Shown here in pieces: positions 37,621 through 50,269 of a stretch of DNA of 64,000 nucleotides. Location: NCBI RefSeq assembly GCF_004010195.1, contig NC_057750.1, positions 18,700,542 to 18,764,541 of the forward strand, in the 5' to 3' direction. The notes under the pieces are model-generated. The model saw only the letters and a list, made by a program, of their open reading frames with translations, was not told the DNA's origin and did no database searches. This DNA is from Chiloscyllium plagiosum (Eukaryota). Position 1 is the stretch's first letter. Each line of letters begins with the position of its first letter. The position numbers were made by a program, and so were the translations under genes.

Positions 37621-38745
37621 GAATCCAAGGAGAGCAATGCAACGTTTCCAGTTTGTGCCCGAAGCAGAGGAAATTTATCCCTCTCCCCATTCAATAATCG
37701 AAGCCATTGACTAATGGAAAGTTTGCACTGATACACTTGTGCAGAACTGAATTTGGAGAGGGGTTGGTGGAAGAGTCAGAATGCCCGTATTGCGAGAACG
37801 AGATATTTTGAAAGGGTCTATACTGAAAACACGGTCGAGAGTATGGGCTGTATTATTTTATGCTATCGGATCGTCAATACCGAGGACATGATTCAACTGA
37901 CACTTTGTCCTATTCTCTGTTGGACGTATAATTTCTTACGGGCATTTTTCTAAAGCGTCTGGAGACGTCCCTTGCTTCCAAACCAATATTTTAAATGCAC
38001 AATGCAATTTCTGCTCATGGTCACAATGTTATTCAGCTTCTTCAGTGCACATTTGCTAGCTCCTTTCAAATGTATCCTTCACCTGAATGTTATTTTTGGG
38101 TTTGGAAAGGACATGCCCGTCCTGAAAATATCAGAGGCCCTCAGAACTGGATGCCAGTTCTTTCTTACTTACGTAATTTCCGGCTCCGACAATTTCGTTT
38201 GTCTGTGACCACTAATCAGTGCCGTCGTCATCCTCAGTGGTGAATTGAGGCATTTCAGTTGCCGAATCATGCATCTCCACTTGCTCACCTGTTCATTCTC
38301 CTAGTTTTGAGCCCGAGTAAGATATATGGAACTTTTAAAGTTTTGCACTAGAGGCCTTTGGGACATCGATTAGTTAAACTTAATTGTGCTGTTTTCGCAT
38401 TGTACCGATGGGCAATTATGAGAAACAATTCACACATTAACGTCCGCAGCATGTGCATCCGCAATCCGTACTTGCGATTTGCAACCGAATAACATTATTT
38501 TAGCTGATAAAATATATAATGATATATATTATATAATGTTTTCAGTATAACAACGTATTTCTGTTGTTTGTCACTTATTTACTATGGCTTTTAAATACCA
38601 GATTTATCATGTTGTTATAAACTGGAGTTAGATAACGAACCTGTTTTATCCAGAGGCGGTCCTCGGTTGCATTAGTTTTATGTCGAATTTCGATTACAAA
38701 TTTCTAAAATGGAGCTGATCATGAAATACGTCGCTTTTCCTTTAG

Positions 38746-39040
38746 ACTGTCCGCTGGCAGATGTAACACACCAGTGGGCACTTTCCCGCTCCGTTAAAAA
38801 ACGGTGAACAGGCCGTAGTAAATTGTTATCAGAATGAGACAATTCGTAGCAACAGACTGTGGTATCGCCAGAAACCTGGAGGCCGTTTCAAACTCATCCG
38901 GTGTCAGCACAGGAGCAACGACGCTGTGTATGAAGAGGACTTCAAGTCACGATTCGAAATCACACGAGAGGATGTCTACCCGGACAATCAACAATGTTGG
39001 CCCCGCAGATGAGGCAAATTATTTCTGTGCAGCCAGCGAA
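38746..39040 (+). pseudogene. TRBV: TCR beta V pseudogene #6 (frameshifts, no recognisable RSS)
   Basis: Across at least two frameshifts it reads ADVTHQW...GEQAVVNCYQNE...LWYRQKPGG...EEDFKSRFEITRE / TINNVGPADEANYFCAASE. No CAC heptamer follows. A possible frameshifted leader lies at 38269-38316. Confidence 0.85.
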
Positions 39041-40526
39041 GGAGTCATCTGAAACCCTTGCTAAAACTATCGCAGAGAAACAGCTGATATTCCTGCCGCC
39101 TGAAAGTTCCGATCTCTTCAGCATGCTCAGTAAACTGGAGTGCAAATAGTTACAGAAGAAAGAACAAGTAGAATAAAGGAAAAGATGGAAAGAAAGACGA
39201 AAAGAAAGTCCGTAGGTGTATTGAGAATTTCAAAGATTTATCACTGTCCAGAGGTGTTAGAACTCATCACTTTCTCAGTCCGAAATGGCCTATCTCTTAT
39301 TCTGTGACCTCCCCTGAGGAAGTGGTGACATCGCGGCATGGTTACTAAACCGTAATCTCGAGCCCATGCTCTGGGGTCATAAATTCGAATCTCACCATTG
39401 CAAGCGGTGACCTTTGATCTAAATTTAATGATGATCACGTATTTACCATTTTACAGTCATATCTGCCACCATTATCTGGTCTGGCCAACATATGACTTCA
39501 GACCTACAGTAATGTGGTTGACTCAGTGTGCTCTTTGGGCAATTAAGGATGGATAAGAAATACTGGCCGAGCCAGAGATACCCATCTCCCATGAACCTAG
39601 ATAGTGGCACAAAAAAAGCTTCTTGAGATCTTTAAGAATGTTGTGTGTTTCAATGATATTCGCATTTCAATCTTCCAAAATATACGCCTGCTCTGCTTAT
39701 AGTGCAAACACAGAATTCTAGAAACTAGTCTTTTTTTAAAACAAAAATCTGTAAGGGTACAAAACTGTACACAATAAGTGAGGTGCGGTCTTGTCAAGCT
39801 CTTGTTTAATCGCAGCAAAACCTTTTTTTCTTTTGGAATCAACTCTTCTTGCCATAAGGAGCAACATATTACCTGCGCTCTTAACTGCTTGCTGCACGTG
39901 CTTGTTAGTTTCAGTGACGTAAGAACCAAGAATATTCCATGCGCAATTTGGTGGTGGAAATAAAGCCGTTCTGTTCTGTGATAATACTTCCACATATACA
40001 CAAAAAAAATCTCAAGTCCCTTTCGATATGAACTTTTTCGATTTTCTGATAATTTAAGAAACACTTTGCATTTCCATTTTTCTAAATTCACATTTTTCAA
40101 CTGTACATTATAACCAAGCTACTAATGGCTAATTTTGCCCGAGTCTTCTAAGTCACGGCCAACTACTCTGGGAATAGTCCAGTTATAAAAACTTTCTGTG
40201 TTCTGCTGTTTAACTAAGACTAAATTTATGCTAGTATATTACCTCCAAGCTCATGTGTTCTAATTATACTTATTGATTTCTTGAGTGATATTGAATTAAA
40301 CGCCAGTACATCCATTTTAACTGTTCTGCTAATTTCATCCTGAAAAATAAACCTCTTCCCCAAACATGATTTCCCTTTCATGAATACAGGCTGATTTTGA
40401 TAAAGATCCCATTATTTTATAAGCTCCAGTTACCAAATCTAGTATAATGTATTCGACCATATTTCCTACCTGCAAAGCGAACAGGTTTTGTTTTTAGTTT
40501 TCTCTCTCTTTTTTAATTCAGTGCAT

Positions 40527-41295
40527 TAGAACATAACAACATATAAACTAGGAGCAGGTGTAGGCTATCTGGCCATTCGAGCCTGCTCTGCCATTCAGTA
40601 AGATCATGGCTAATCTTTTCGTGGACTTAGCTCCAATTACCCGACCTCTCATCGTGTTCCTTAATGTCTTTATTGTTCAAAAAAAGAATCTTAGATTTAA
40701 AACGTTGACAGAAGTAGCGTCAACTACGTCACTGGGGTGGGAATTCCATTTATTCACAACCATCTGAGTGAAGAATGTCCTTCTCAGTTCAGTCCTAAAT
40801 CTATTCCCCCTAATTTTGAGGCTATGCCCTCTTGTCCTAGTTTCACACACCGGTGGAGATATCTCTATTTCTATCTCACCCATTCCCTTCAAAATTTTAT
40901 GTTCCTGTGCGATCCTCCATAATTCGTCTAAATTCCAATGAATATAATCCCAGTCTACTCAGTCTCTCCTCATAAAACAACCTCCTCAACTCCGGAATTG
41001 ACTTAGTCAACCTCTTCTGTACCTCCTCTAGAGCCAGAGCATCCCTTCCCAAGTCAAGAAACCCAAACTGTACACAGTACTCCAGATGTGGCCTCACCAA
41101 CACCCTGTACAGCTGCAACATAACCGCCCTGCTTTTAAACTGAATCCCTTCAGCAATGAAGGACAAAATTCCATTTGTATTCCTGATTACTTGTTATACT
41201 TGCAAACCAACCCTCTGTGATTCATGCACAAGAACCCCATATCCCTGTGCATAGCAGCATGCTGCAACGTTTTACCATTCAGGTAATAATCCTTT
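40527..41295 (-). mobile_element. CR1 LINE 3' fragment
   Basis: ORF VMLQLYRVLVRPHLEYCVQF...LGLYSLEFRR. Confidence 0.8.
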
Positions 41296-43522
41296 TAAAC
41301 TAGTATTAGGATCGTTTGTTACGATGTAATTCACTGAAGTTGCTTGCAAATGATCATTGAAGCTAAAGGTATCGGCAAAAAAAAAAGTTACTGTTCGGGG
41401 CATCACTTGAACTTTTCAAGCAAGTTTTATTGAAGTTTTAAAAGATGGATTATCGAAGAGTCTGAAATCAACGCTGACCAATCGATTTATGATATAAATA
41501 ATGATTATATATGTTAACTGAAGAATAGCTCGAGAACGTTAATTGCATCTTCATGCCTCTATGTTCCAACATTTCCATATCGAAAGATTAATGAAGCATC
41601 TCGTGGCACTACACCATGAAATGTGACAAACAAAATATAAGTTCATCGTCTTAGTAGTTTTCTTCGTGAGGCTGAAGAGTGCAGACGGGTTTTTAGATGA
41701 AAAAAAAACAAGTCCTGAACTCTTAACTGTTTGCCGACCTAATTTTGGCTATTCCAGATGAATTACTATTACATTGCTACAACAGCAGATGGCAATGCCA
41801 GATCATATACATTTGATTCTCACTGCAGTACATATTTGAATTATACAGAACATTGTTGTGCTAGAACATAAGAGCTAAGAGCCCCTATTACGATTGGCTA
41901 AACTCCTGGCACTCCTTTGCTAACCACACTGTACATCACTCTGTGGGCGTCAGTAGCGCAAACAAAAACGAATAATTGGCAAGATCTGACCGACTTTTCA
42001 AGATTTAGCACAAATTTTGGGCCTGACATCAAATTTCAAACTCAATGACTGAATAAAAAAAAATTAAGCCTTTTTGTTCTTAGAGCCACTTCCGCCATTC
42101 ATTAAGAACAATTTTTGCCGCCTTTGTTCGTCTTGTCTATGTTTATTATCCTTGTCTTACCCTGTGACACAACGTCTACCAGTCTCTCCCCTGAATAAAA
42201 CAAACGACTGGGCATTTTATTTGGAAGGAGAATTCCCAAAAAATCACAAATCCTTTTGTGGAGAAAGTTAAGCTAATACTGAATAGTCGATCAGTTATTA
42301 GAACATCTTGTTATTGTTATTGTTCTTATGTGTTGGATGTAGGCATCACTGGCAAGTTCAGACTATATTGCAAATCCCTAAAATCTCCGGAATTGGATGT
42401 CTCGTCAGGCCATTTCTACTCATTGTTCTCCATTCTCACCATGAGAGAGCAAAATTCTATGAAATCTCTTCTCGCGGGCCAAACCTCTCGTTCCAGAGGT
42501 TACTCACACCATAATAATGCCTCGAAGAGAAGTAAGATTTTTCTTTTGCAAGTATAGTTTAACAGTAAACGTGTGCAATTTCACAAAAAATGAAGTATTT
42601 TTGGGTCTTGAATTCGTATTTTATCACCTTAAACTCGATAAATAAAAAAACAGATTTATTTCCTCAACATTTTTCCTGAACCTAAATGGCACTTTGAGAT
42701 TATTCATGTGCACGGTCTCCCAAAAGCCTTTGAGCATCAATACCCACCTATATTACACAGTTTTGGAAGATATTCTGTTTCTCTGTCAAATTAAGCATAT
42801 CAAACCCAAATTTCGCAATCTTCGTAAAACAGAATACACTTGAACTGTTCAGATCACATGGAGCAGTACAGAATCTACAGCAGGGTCAAGGCAATTCCGC
42901 ACAACTCTGCCAGCCTTTATTAGTTGCACCTTCAAATCACGTTGTCAAATCATAGTGCTATCTCTGTTTTAAGCCATTTCCCATTCAATCATTCTTCGAT
43001 CGTGTGTAGTTATCCAGTCATTTATTTATCCATTATCAACGGGATTCTTCACATGGACAGTATTTTTATTTGGAAATTTTCTTTCTGTCTTTCGATAAGG
43101 CAATTGCATTTGGAAACTTTACTGGGCTTTACTGAACGTATTGAATGCACGTTTACTAATTCCCCACAAATACCACGAAGGTGTAGTCACAGTTTTCCAA
43201 CCACTTCGGAATGTCGGTTAGAAGGAAGGAAATTCGGCGCATAAATAAACGCCCAAAGCAATAATGACCTAAAATTAACTCTTAAAGTACTGAAAGTGCT
43301 TAGAAGGTATTGCCAATTCGATATAATTTATGCTTCAGGTCGTATGCTGCTTAAAAATCCGAAGATCTTCAAATATTTTGTTTTTAGATCGGATCTGAAA
43401 TAGTTAATGTTCTTCCTACTCAGAAAGCCACTTATAGTAAGGCAACAGAAGTCGGAGCATTTGAGCCAATTCCATATCATATTAATTCACTTCCGCACGC
43501 AGCTTTTATTCAGCAAGGCTTG

Positions 43523-43544
43523 TCACATCCGTGACGTCATTTCC
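43523..43544. promoter_or_regulatory. V-beta promoter CRE/decamer plus ETS motif
   Basis: TGACGTCATTTCC upstream of the V#7 leader. Related GGAA(G/A)TGAC motifs occur at 8346-8356, 26338-26349, 28648-28657 and 33016-33026. Confidence 0.7.
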
Positions 43545-43643
43545 AGTTGGCACGTTGCAACTTTCACAGATGCCTTCAACAATAGACTCCGTATATTTTA
43601 TATCTCTTCGCTTGTCAGACAACATACTGGGCTCCCTAGAAAG

Positions 43644-43689
43644 ATGGAAATAAATCTCCTGTTCTGTGCCTTTGCATTGCTGATGTTTC
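43644..43689 (+). CDS. TRBV: Leader exon of V#7 (MEINLLFCAFALLMF-)
   Basis: 15 codons plus 1 nt, gtaagc donor; perfect CRE TGACGTCA about 105 bp upstream. Confidence 0.88.
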
Positions 43690-44058
43690 GTAAGCTAACT
43701 TCAAACCCATTGTTCTTGCGTTGAAACAAAGTTCGCTTACGTGTAACTTTTTCGAGCGAAGTATGAGTTATGTTATACTAATATTTTGCTATATAACAAA
43801 TATGTATTCATTAAGTATGTCTCTCCTGTTAAGTAACATAGAATTCTTAGGGAGACATTTTGGCTGTGGCATCTTTTAGATTAGTTTATACAAAAAGCTG
43901 GAACAAATTAGCTGGGAGAATTGACTTCCTTTTTGTGCCATATGATTTGTTAAGATTATTTTCGGTAGAAAACACACTGTGATGTATGGAAGCCATCGTT
44001 CTTCATCCATTCGACTACAGTCGTTACATTAACGGAATTATCTTGTTTTCCATTTCAG

Positions 44059-44360
44059 GCCATTGTCGGTGCGTTTCAGTGTCTCAGATTCCCAGAGAAC
44101 TGACTGTGCGCCGAGAGGACACCGCAGCGTTGACCTGTCAACAGGAGGACAGTGATTACATTACAATGCTCTGGTACCGGCAATCTGGTGGACAGGGTCT
44201 GCAACTTGTGGCGGTTGACGTATCTGGGAATAAACCCACTTTCGAGAGAGGATTCGAGAAGGGGTTCGACGTGGTGAGACGCAATCTGAAAACGTCCATT
44301 CTAAAAATTCTCTCTGTAAACCCGGGTGATACGGCGATGTATTTCTGCGCTGCAAGTGAA
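44059..44360 (+). CDS. TRBV: TCR beta V segment #7, V exon (apparently functional)
   Basis: HCRCVSVSQIP...LTCQQ...MLWYRQSGGQGLQLVA...GDTAMYFCAASE after a tttcag acceptor. Confidence 0.94.
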
Positions 44361-44399
44361 CACAGTGTTTGAAATCTCTTATGGGGCTTGACAATAACC
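44361..44399 (+). other. 23-RSS of V#7
   Basis: CACAGTG, 23-bp spacer, ACAATAACC. Confidence 0.93.
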
Positions 44400-46589
44400 A
44401 TCTTGTAGCATTTCAAGAGCTATATTTTCCTGTTTGTACCTTTCCGATGTCAGTTCCCCGCTATCCCTCATGTGTTGGCATGTCCAACTATATTGTCCAC
44501 TTACAAATCAATGAATGGTTTGGTAATCTGACAGAAAGAGAGTCAGACAATTCACAAAATCTGTCAACCAAATGCAAGGCATGAGTCAGGAATTTAATGA
44601 ATACTTCCCAGTTGTCTGGATGAATGGACCTGAAAACTTTCAAGAAGCTTGACATACAAATTAGCTCACTTGATTGGCACGACATCCACAAAAAAATCGT
44701 TCCTTTCAGCATTGACATTGAACAGCAGCAATGTGTACCAGTTAAAATGTGCTCTATAAATATTCATCAAATAAACAACACCTTCCAAATCTATGACTGG
44801 CACCGACTAAAAGATGGACAGGAGGGACATGGGGGCACCATCACCTGCAAGTCCCTCTCCAAACAATTCGCCATGATGATTTGAAACTACATCACTATTC
44901 GTTCAGTATCCCTGAGTCCAAGTGTTAAAACTGCCAACGATTCCTCTAAAGGCATTTTGGGTTTACGTATAACAAACAGATTGCAATAGTTCAATCACAT
45001 TTCAAAGTCATCAAGGGATGGGAAATAACTTCAGGTTTAAGTAACGATACCCACATCCCACGAATTAATGATAACCAGGGTGTGAGGGGAAGACAGATTG
45101 CATATGCATATAGGCTAAAATAAGGTGTAAGTGAAGAAAAATGGTAAAAGAAGCGTGAAAACTTTAGTTTCTTTCTCAAAATAGGTTTGCAATTCGTATC
45201 AAGATGGCTATAGCAATGTGATATCCCAGAGAAGTGGTCGCAAGGTAAAACAGAGAAATAATCAGGGAAGTGCATATGCCAGGGTAATTTGACAGTTTGG
45301 AAGTATAAAAAACACAGATGAGATGGTCAGATGATTATCCAATAAATGATGAAATGATGAATGAATCAGGCCTGATGAAGGACTTATGCCCGAAGCATCG
45401 ACTCTCCTGCTCCTCGGATATTTGCCTGACCGGGTGTGCCTTTTCCTGCACCACACTCTTCGACTCACATTTTCAAATAGGCCTCTATTTTTTCTTACCT
45501 GAAATATTCAAAGCTGTGGTTGGGGGCTGGGACATGAGCAGGTGGGGAATGATTCTGACGGTATGGGGAATCCAGAAGAAATTATATCCCTGACTGCGGT
45601 GGGATTTGTACTACACAACAAATACAAGAGATCGTCACTTGTAAGAAACTAAGCCTAATTGACAGAGAGACTTTGAGTTGATGGGAGCCAGTGAATGAAG
45701 GCTAGTGCATGAGGTACATTTATGTAGGGACTGGGGGAGTGATTAAAATATGGTGGTGATTGTGAGCCTGAGGGGTTTGGGGTGGATCGAGGGAATGAAC
45801 AGATCGGATGCCAGGGGTGGCATTGCTAGTCTTAATGGGAGATTGTAGTGTTGCATACAGATGGTGAATAACGTATGTCTTGGGCCGATGGATCCACAGG
45901 TAGGTTTGAAGGCTGAGGGACGAGGAGGGAACAGAAGACAACATGGGGTGTTGCAGAGAACGGTTTAAAAAAGATAAGTGGCTGCCCATACATGGGACTT
46001 CCTCAGGCTGGCCTGCCGAATTCAAGAGGTATTGGAATGGTTTTCACCTCCTGGATCTGCAGATCCTCACCTAGTTGTGGTTGGCTGGTTCGCCAATGCT
46101 TGGAAAACCTGGATGACCAGGGTTAAACTTGAAAAATCAAATGATGTTATTGCCACTGCATCATTGCCATATTTGCTTCCGTGGAGTGAGATAGCTAATT
46201 CCCACGTTTTAGCCACAGTTACAACTGGGCATCAGCACACACAAGGCTACTAAGCACGCTCTAATACAAAGTGCTAGTTCCTCAAATTAATCTTTCAACT
46301 ATAACTTTGATATAATCTGTGTTCATGTCTTCCCAAATGATGCATTTCAATTGTTGACTTTTATTTTGCTCATGTGCTTCCAGATATATCGTTGATCTGC
46401 GCCCCATTACTAGAATAGAAATGCAAAAGATTTCCGATTTCCTCCTTTGTTCTAAGTTCTTTGCACAGGAAATGAATAATTTTCAATGTCTCACATTTTA
46501 AAAAAGCACACATTTGATGTAGTGTGGTTGAGGTTCGCTCGTGGCAGACAGAGATGTATCGTCTGTTGTCACATAATATAGACTAAAAA

Positions 46590-47640
46590 AGACCATAAAG
46601 TGTAGAAGCAGAAATAGCTCATTCAGCCCACAATTCAGTGAGACCATGTCTGATCTGAAAATCTTCAACTGTCTTTTTTCTTATGATCGTAAATTACTTC
46701 ACTAATTAAAAATCTGCCTGTTGCAGTATTTAATATATTTAATGACCCAGCCTTCACAACTCAGTGGTTGTTGAGATTCAATAGATTTACTTCCCTGTGA
46801 GTAAAAAGTAATCTCTGTTTTAAATGTGCAACCAATTATTCTGAGATATCCTCTGGTCTTAACCTTTACCACAGGGAGAAACAACGCTTCCACATCCAAC
46901 TTGTCAAGTCCCCTGAAAATATTATGTGTTTCAAAGAGATTGCTTCTTGCTCCTCTCAATTCTAACATGTTTCGACACAGTCCATGAATCTCTCCTGGTA
47001 AGACAATCCCTTCATAGTGGGTATCAGCGTAGTGAACCTCCTTCATTTCCTGGAAACCTTTCCTTAAATACTGGCCAAAAACAGTTCACAGTTTTCCAGC
47101 TGGGGTGCGATGCGTGCCTTGTATAGTTTTAGAAAATCCTTTATTCTCACATATCACGTTCCCATTGAAGTAAAGGCCAGCATTCTTTTACTTTCCATAT
47201 CACCCGCTGAACTTGGGTGCAAACGTTTAGAATTCATGGATGAGGACTCCCAAATCTTTCTGTTCTGCAGCTAAATTTAGTCTTTCTCCATTTAAGTAAT
47301 ATTTAACTCCTCCGTTTTATAATGTCAGGATGCAGGATTCATATTTTCCCATATGGTATTTCATCTGCCAAGTATTCTGGTCACTTGCTTAACTATTTGT
47401 ATTCTCCTGCAGATTTTGTCATTCGTACCACTATTCATTACATCTAATTTTGTGCCATCTGCAAATTTGACGAATGTACATTCAATTTTCTCGCCTGAGT
47501 CATTAATGTATATCGGAAATGATATATATTAGTCATATATTTTGGGCCCACCATTGATTCCTGTGGCATTCCACCAGTTACAGGTTTCCATTCTGAAAAT
47601 GCTCTCCTTCTCCTAACTGTCTGTCTGCTATTATTGGAAA
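46590..47640 (-). mobile_element. Decayed CR1 LINE 3' fragment
   Basis: Degenerate CR1 ORF2 C-terminal peptide and 3' end. Confidence 0.6.
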
Positions 47641-48543
47641 GTCATTAATCATTTCCATTATGGGTACAATACAGACGACACCAACTGTCACTTCCTGCTA
47701 AAAAAGATACTATTCTGCAGCATCTGATGCAATTCTACCTTGTGTTAAGAGCAAGAGAAATATGTCTTCTCCTGTCGATGTGTATACGAAAATAAGAGGA
47801 ATTATTTCTCACTTTCGCCTTCCTTAATTTACAATTATATTAAACTTGAAGCACTTTCTATCGTCTTTGACTATCTTCGCAAGTCAACGAATCTTCAAAG
47901 GAGTCCTTTTTCTGAAGCCTAGCACTGTTGCATTGTGGGGAACGTGGTAATCAATTTCTGCCAAAGTCTCGACAAATAATAATGTAACAACGATCATCAC
48001 GGCTTTCCGTTAAGTCGTTTCAGGATTAAACTGTCTCCCCAGGTTACTGAGCGAATTCGCTGCTTTTCTTCAAAATTGTGGCACTTGAAATGTTAACATC
48101 TTCTGAGAGTCCAATAAAAAAGGATTTCCGAATCTCCCTCCGTACTGAGCCTCCGGCAAATCCAATGTCCACTCGATACCGGTCTTCTGACTTTGCAATA
48201 TTGTGTCTCCGAGAGCGCAGGACACTGTCTTATTCCTTCAAACATGCACTGTACCTCCCTGCTGCCCCTCCGACAACGTAACACTCTGTCAATACTTCTC
48301 CTTTCAGTCCAGCAGAACTTCTTTTGCTCTGCACTGAGTGTCGCTCTCGGTTGTGCTTTAGTTGTAATCATGTGATTTAAATGCAATAATCTCAGTGGCG
48401 AGGGCGCGGCCTAGGGAGTCTCAGTATATAAATACACGCAGGACTGCTTAAGCTCCTTCCAACTGAGCAAATTGCGAAAACAATATCACCCGGTGATATT
48501 CTATAAAACAGCTAGAACATCAGGAGGCAGAGACTGGGATAGA

Positions 48544-48589
48544 ATGCATTTGGGCTCGAATTCATGCATCATTATTTTATTGTTGCCGT
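48544..48589 (+). CDS. TRBV: Leader exon of V#8 (MHLGSNSCIIILLLP-)
   Basis: 15 codons plus 1 nt, gtaagt donor; TATAAAA at about 48502. Confidence 0.85.
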
Positions 48590-48852
48590 GTAAGTTCCTT
48601 GGCCCTCCCACTGAATTTACTGAGGTCATGTTCAGAGATATTGGAAATGTTAGGAATTACAGTATTAATTGTCGTTAGTGGTGAACTGGTCAGGGAAAGG
48701 TTTTTGGAACATTTAACAATTGAGTGGTGATTGTGAAAGGGCAATTGTTGGATCTCGGCGATGAACCTCCGAGGCACATTAATAATGGTTTGCTTTCGAA
48801 AGCGTTGCCAGTAACTTTAAAAGCAAGTTTTCCTTTTTCTTCTGTTACATAG

Positions 48853-49159
48853 ATGTGATCTCTCAGGAGCATCGGATCTTCCAATCGCCAACTCAATTAT
48901 CTGTTGAATGGGGAAAAGGCGTGAGCTTGGACTGCCGACAAAGTCAGTCGTTAGAGTACATGTATTGGTACCAACAGAAGAAAGGTGGAGGACTGCAAAT
49001 GCTTTTGCGCTCATATGGCTATGACAACAATATAGTGAAAGAGAAAGGTGTCTCTGATCGGTACCAAGCAACAAGGAATGGTATGCAAAACATTAACTTG
49101 AACATAACTGGGGCGATTACAGAGGATGAAGGGATATATTACTGTGCTGCCAGTAGTGC
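48853..49159 (+). CDS. TRBV: TCR beta V segment #8, V exon (apparently functional, D-proximal)
   Basis: VISQEHRIFQSP...LDCRQ...YMYWYQQKKGGGLQ...DRY...EDEGIYYCAASS. Confidence 0.94.
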
Positions 49160-49198
49160 CACAGAGGCGCAAGTAAGTGATCCTTCAGTTCAAAAACC
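49160..49198 (+). other. 23-RSS of V#8
   Basis: CACAGAG, 23-bp spacer, TCAAAAACC. Confidence 0.9.
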
Positions 49199-50269
49199 TA
49201 CCATACCTCCCACTCTCAGATCCACAGTAATAATGGAATCGCACGTTGACAATCGTCAACACACAAGGACATAAAAACTAAGAGCAGGGGTGGGTAATTC
49301 AGGCTCTCAAACTTGCTTCAATAGGATTCAGTATCATCATGGTTGATCTTATCTCGGTCTGAACTCCACTTTCCTGCCCGCTGTTCATTCCCCTTTAAAC
49401 CACCACGAATTAAAATATGTTTAGCTGTTCCTTAAATATACTCAGTGTCACGGCGTCCACCATGCTCTCCGATAGCGAATTCCACAGATTCAAGACCCTC
49501 TGAGATAAGTAATTTCTCATCTCAGTTTTGAATCTCCCATCCCTTAGCTTAAAACTATCTCTTGGATGTTTTGTCAACTAACATTTACACTGAGGTTCAG
49601 AAGGAGAAATTAAGTAAGAAATTAAAATAGTTTTGGAGATCGTGTTAGAGGAGGACAGAGGCCAAGAACTTTAGGGAGGCAGTAACAAACCTGAGGCCCA
49701 GAAAGAGAAAGGATGTCGAAGAACTGCAGGCATTATTGAGACAATGCTGCCACCTATCGCTCTGCTTTCGCTATTGCACGTAACTCGTTGATTGGCTAAA
49801 ACCTGGTTAATTTGGAAAGTAAGAAGAAAGAAAACCGTCTCCATTGCAGCCCCTTCATTAAGGTTTTCTGAAGTAAAGCTTGATATGATCCTAGATGAAA
49901 CCATCACATTTCCGTTATGAATTGATTCTGGGCTAGGAATGCTTTTGCTTACTATTTACAAAGTTTGATATCTCAGACATATAAGATCCAATTTGCGAAC
50001 AGACGTCAAAGCAGATCCCATTGATTTCTTAGCAATCCACCCAGATGTTAGTGTCACTGCGGGTCCCCAAATCTCATGAAACGTTTTCCTCCTTCACAAG
50101 GAAATGTAGTCTTTTCCTTTTCTAGATTGCTCTCCAGTTTAAAACCCCTGCCGAATTTCAGATTGCGATCCTCAGCCAAACGGTATATGAATCCAGAGTT
50201 CCCTCAGATCTATTCTCACACCTAATGTGATGAACCCACTACATTTCCGTTACAATGTAGGTGGGACCT

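Noticed and set aside
7356-49159. Possibility of IgH-like, NAR-TCR or TCR delta/gamma V segments
   Set aside because: CASS/CAAS/CAWS endings, a GGGACAG D with 12/23 RSS and beta-type J motifs fit TRB. No tandem NAR-V/supporting-V arrangement or IgH WVRQ/YYCAR motif was seen.
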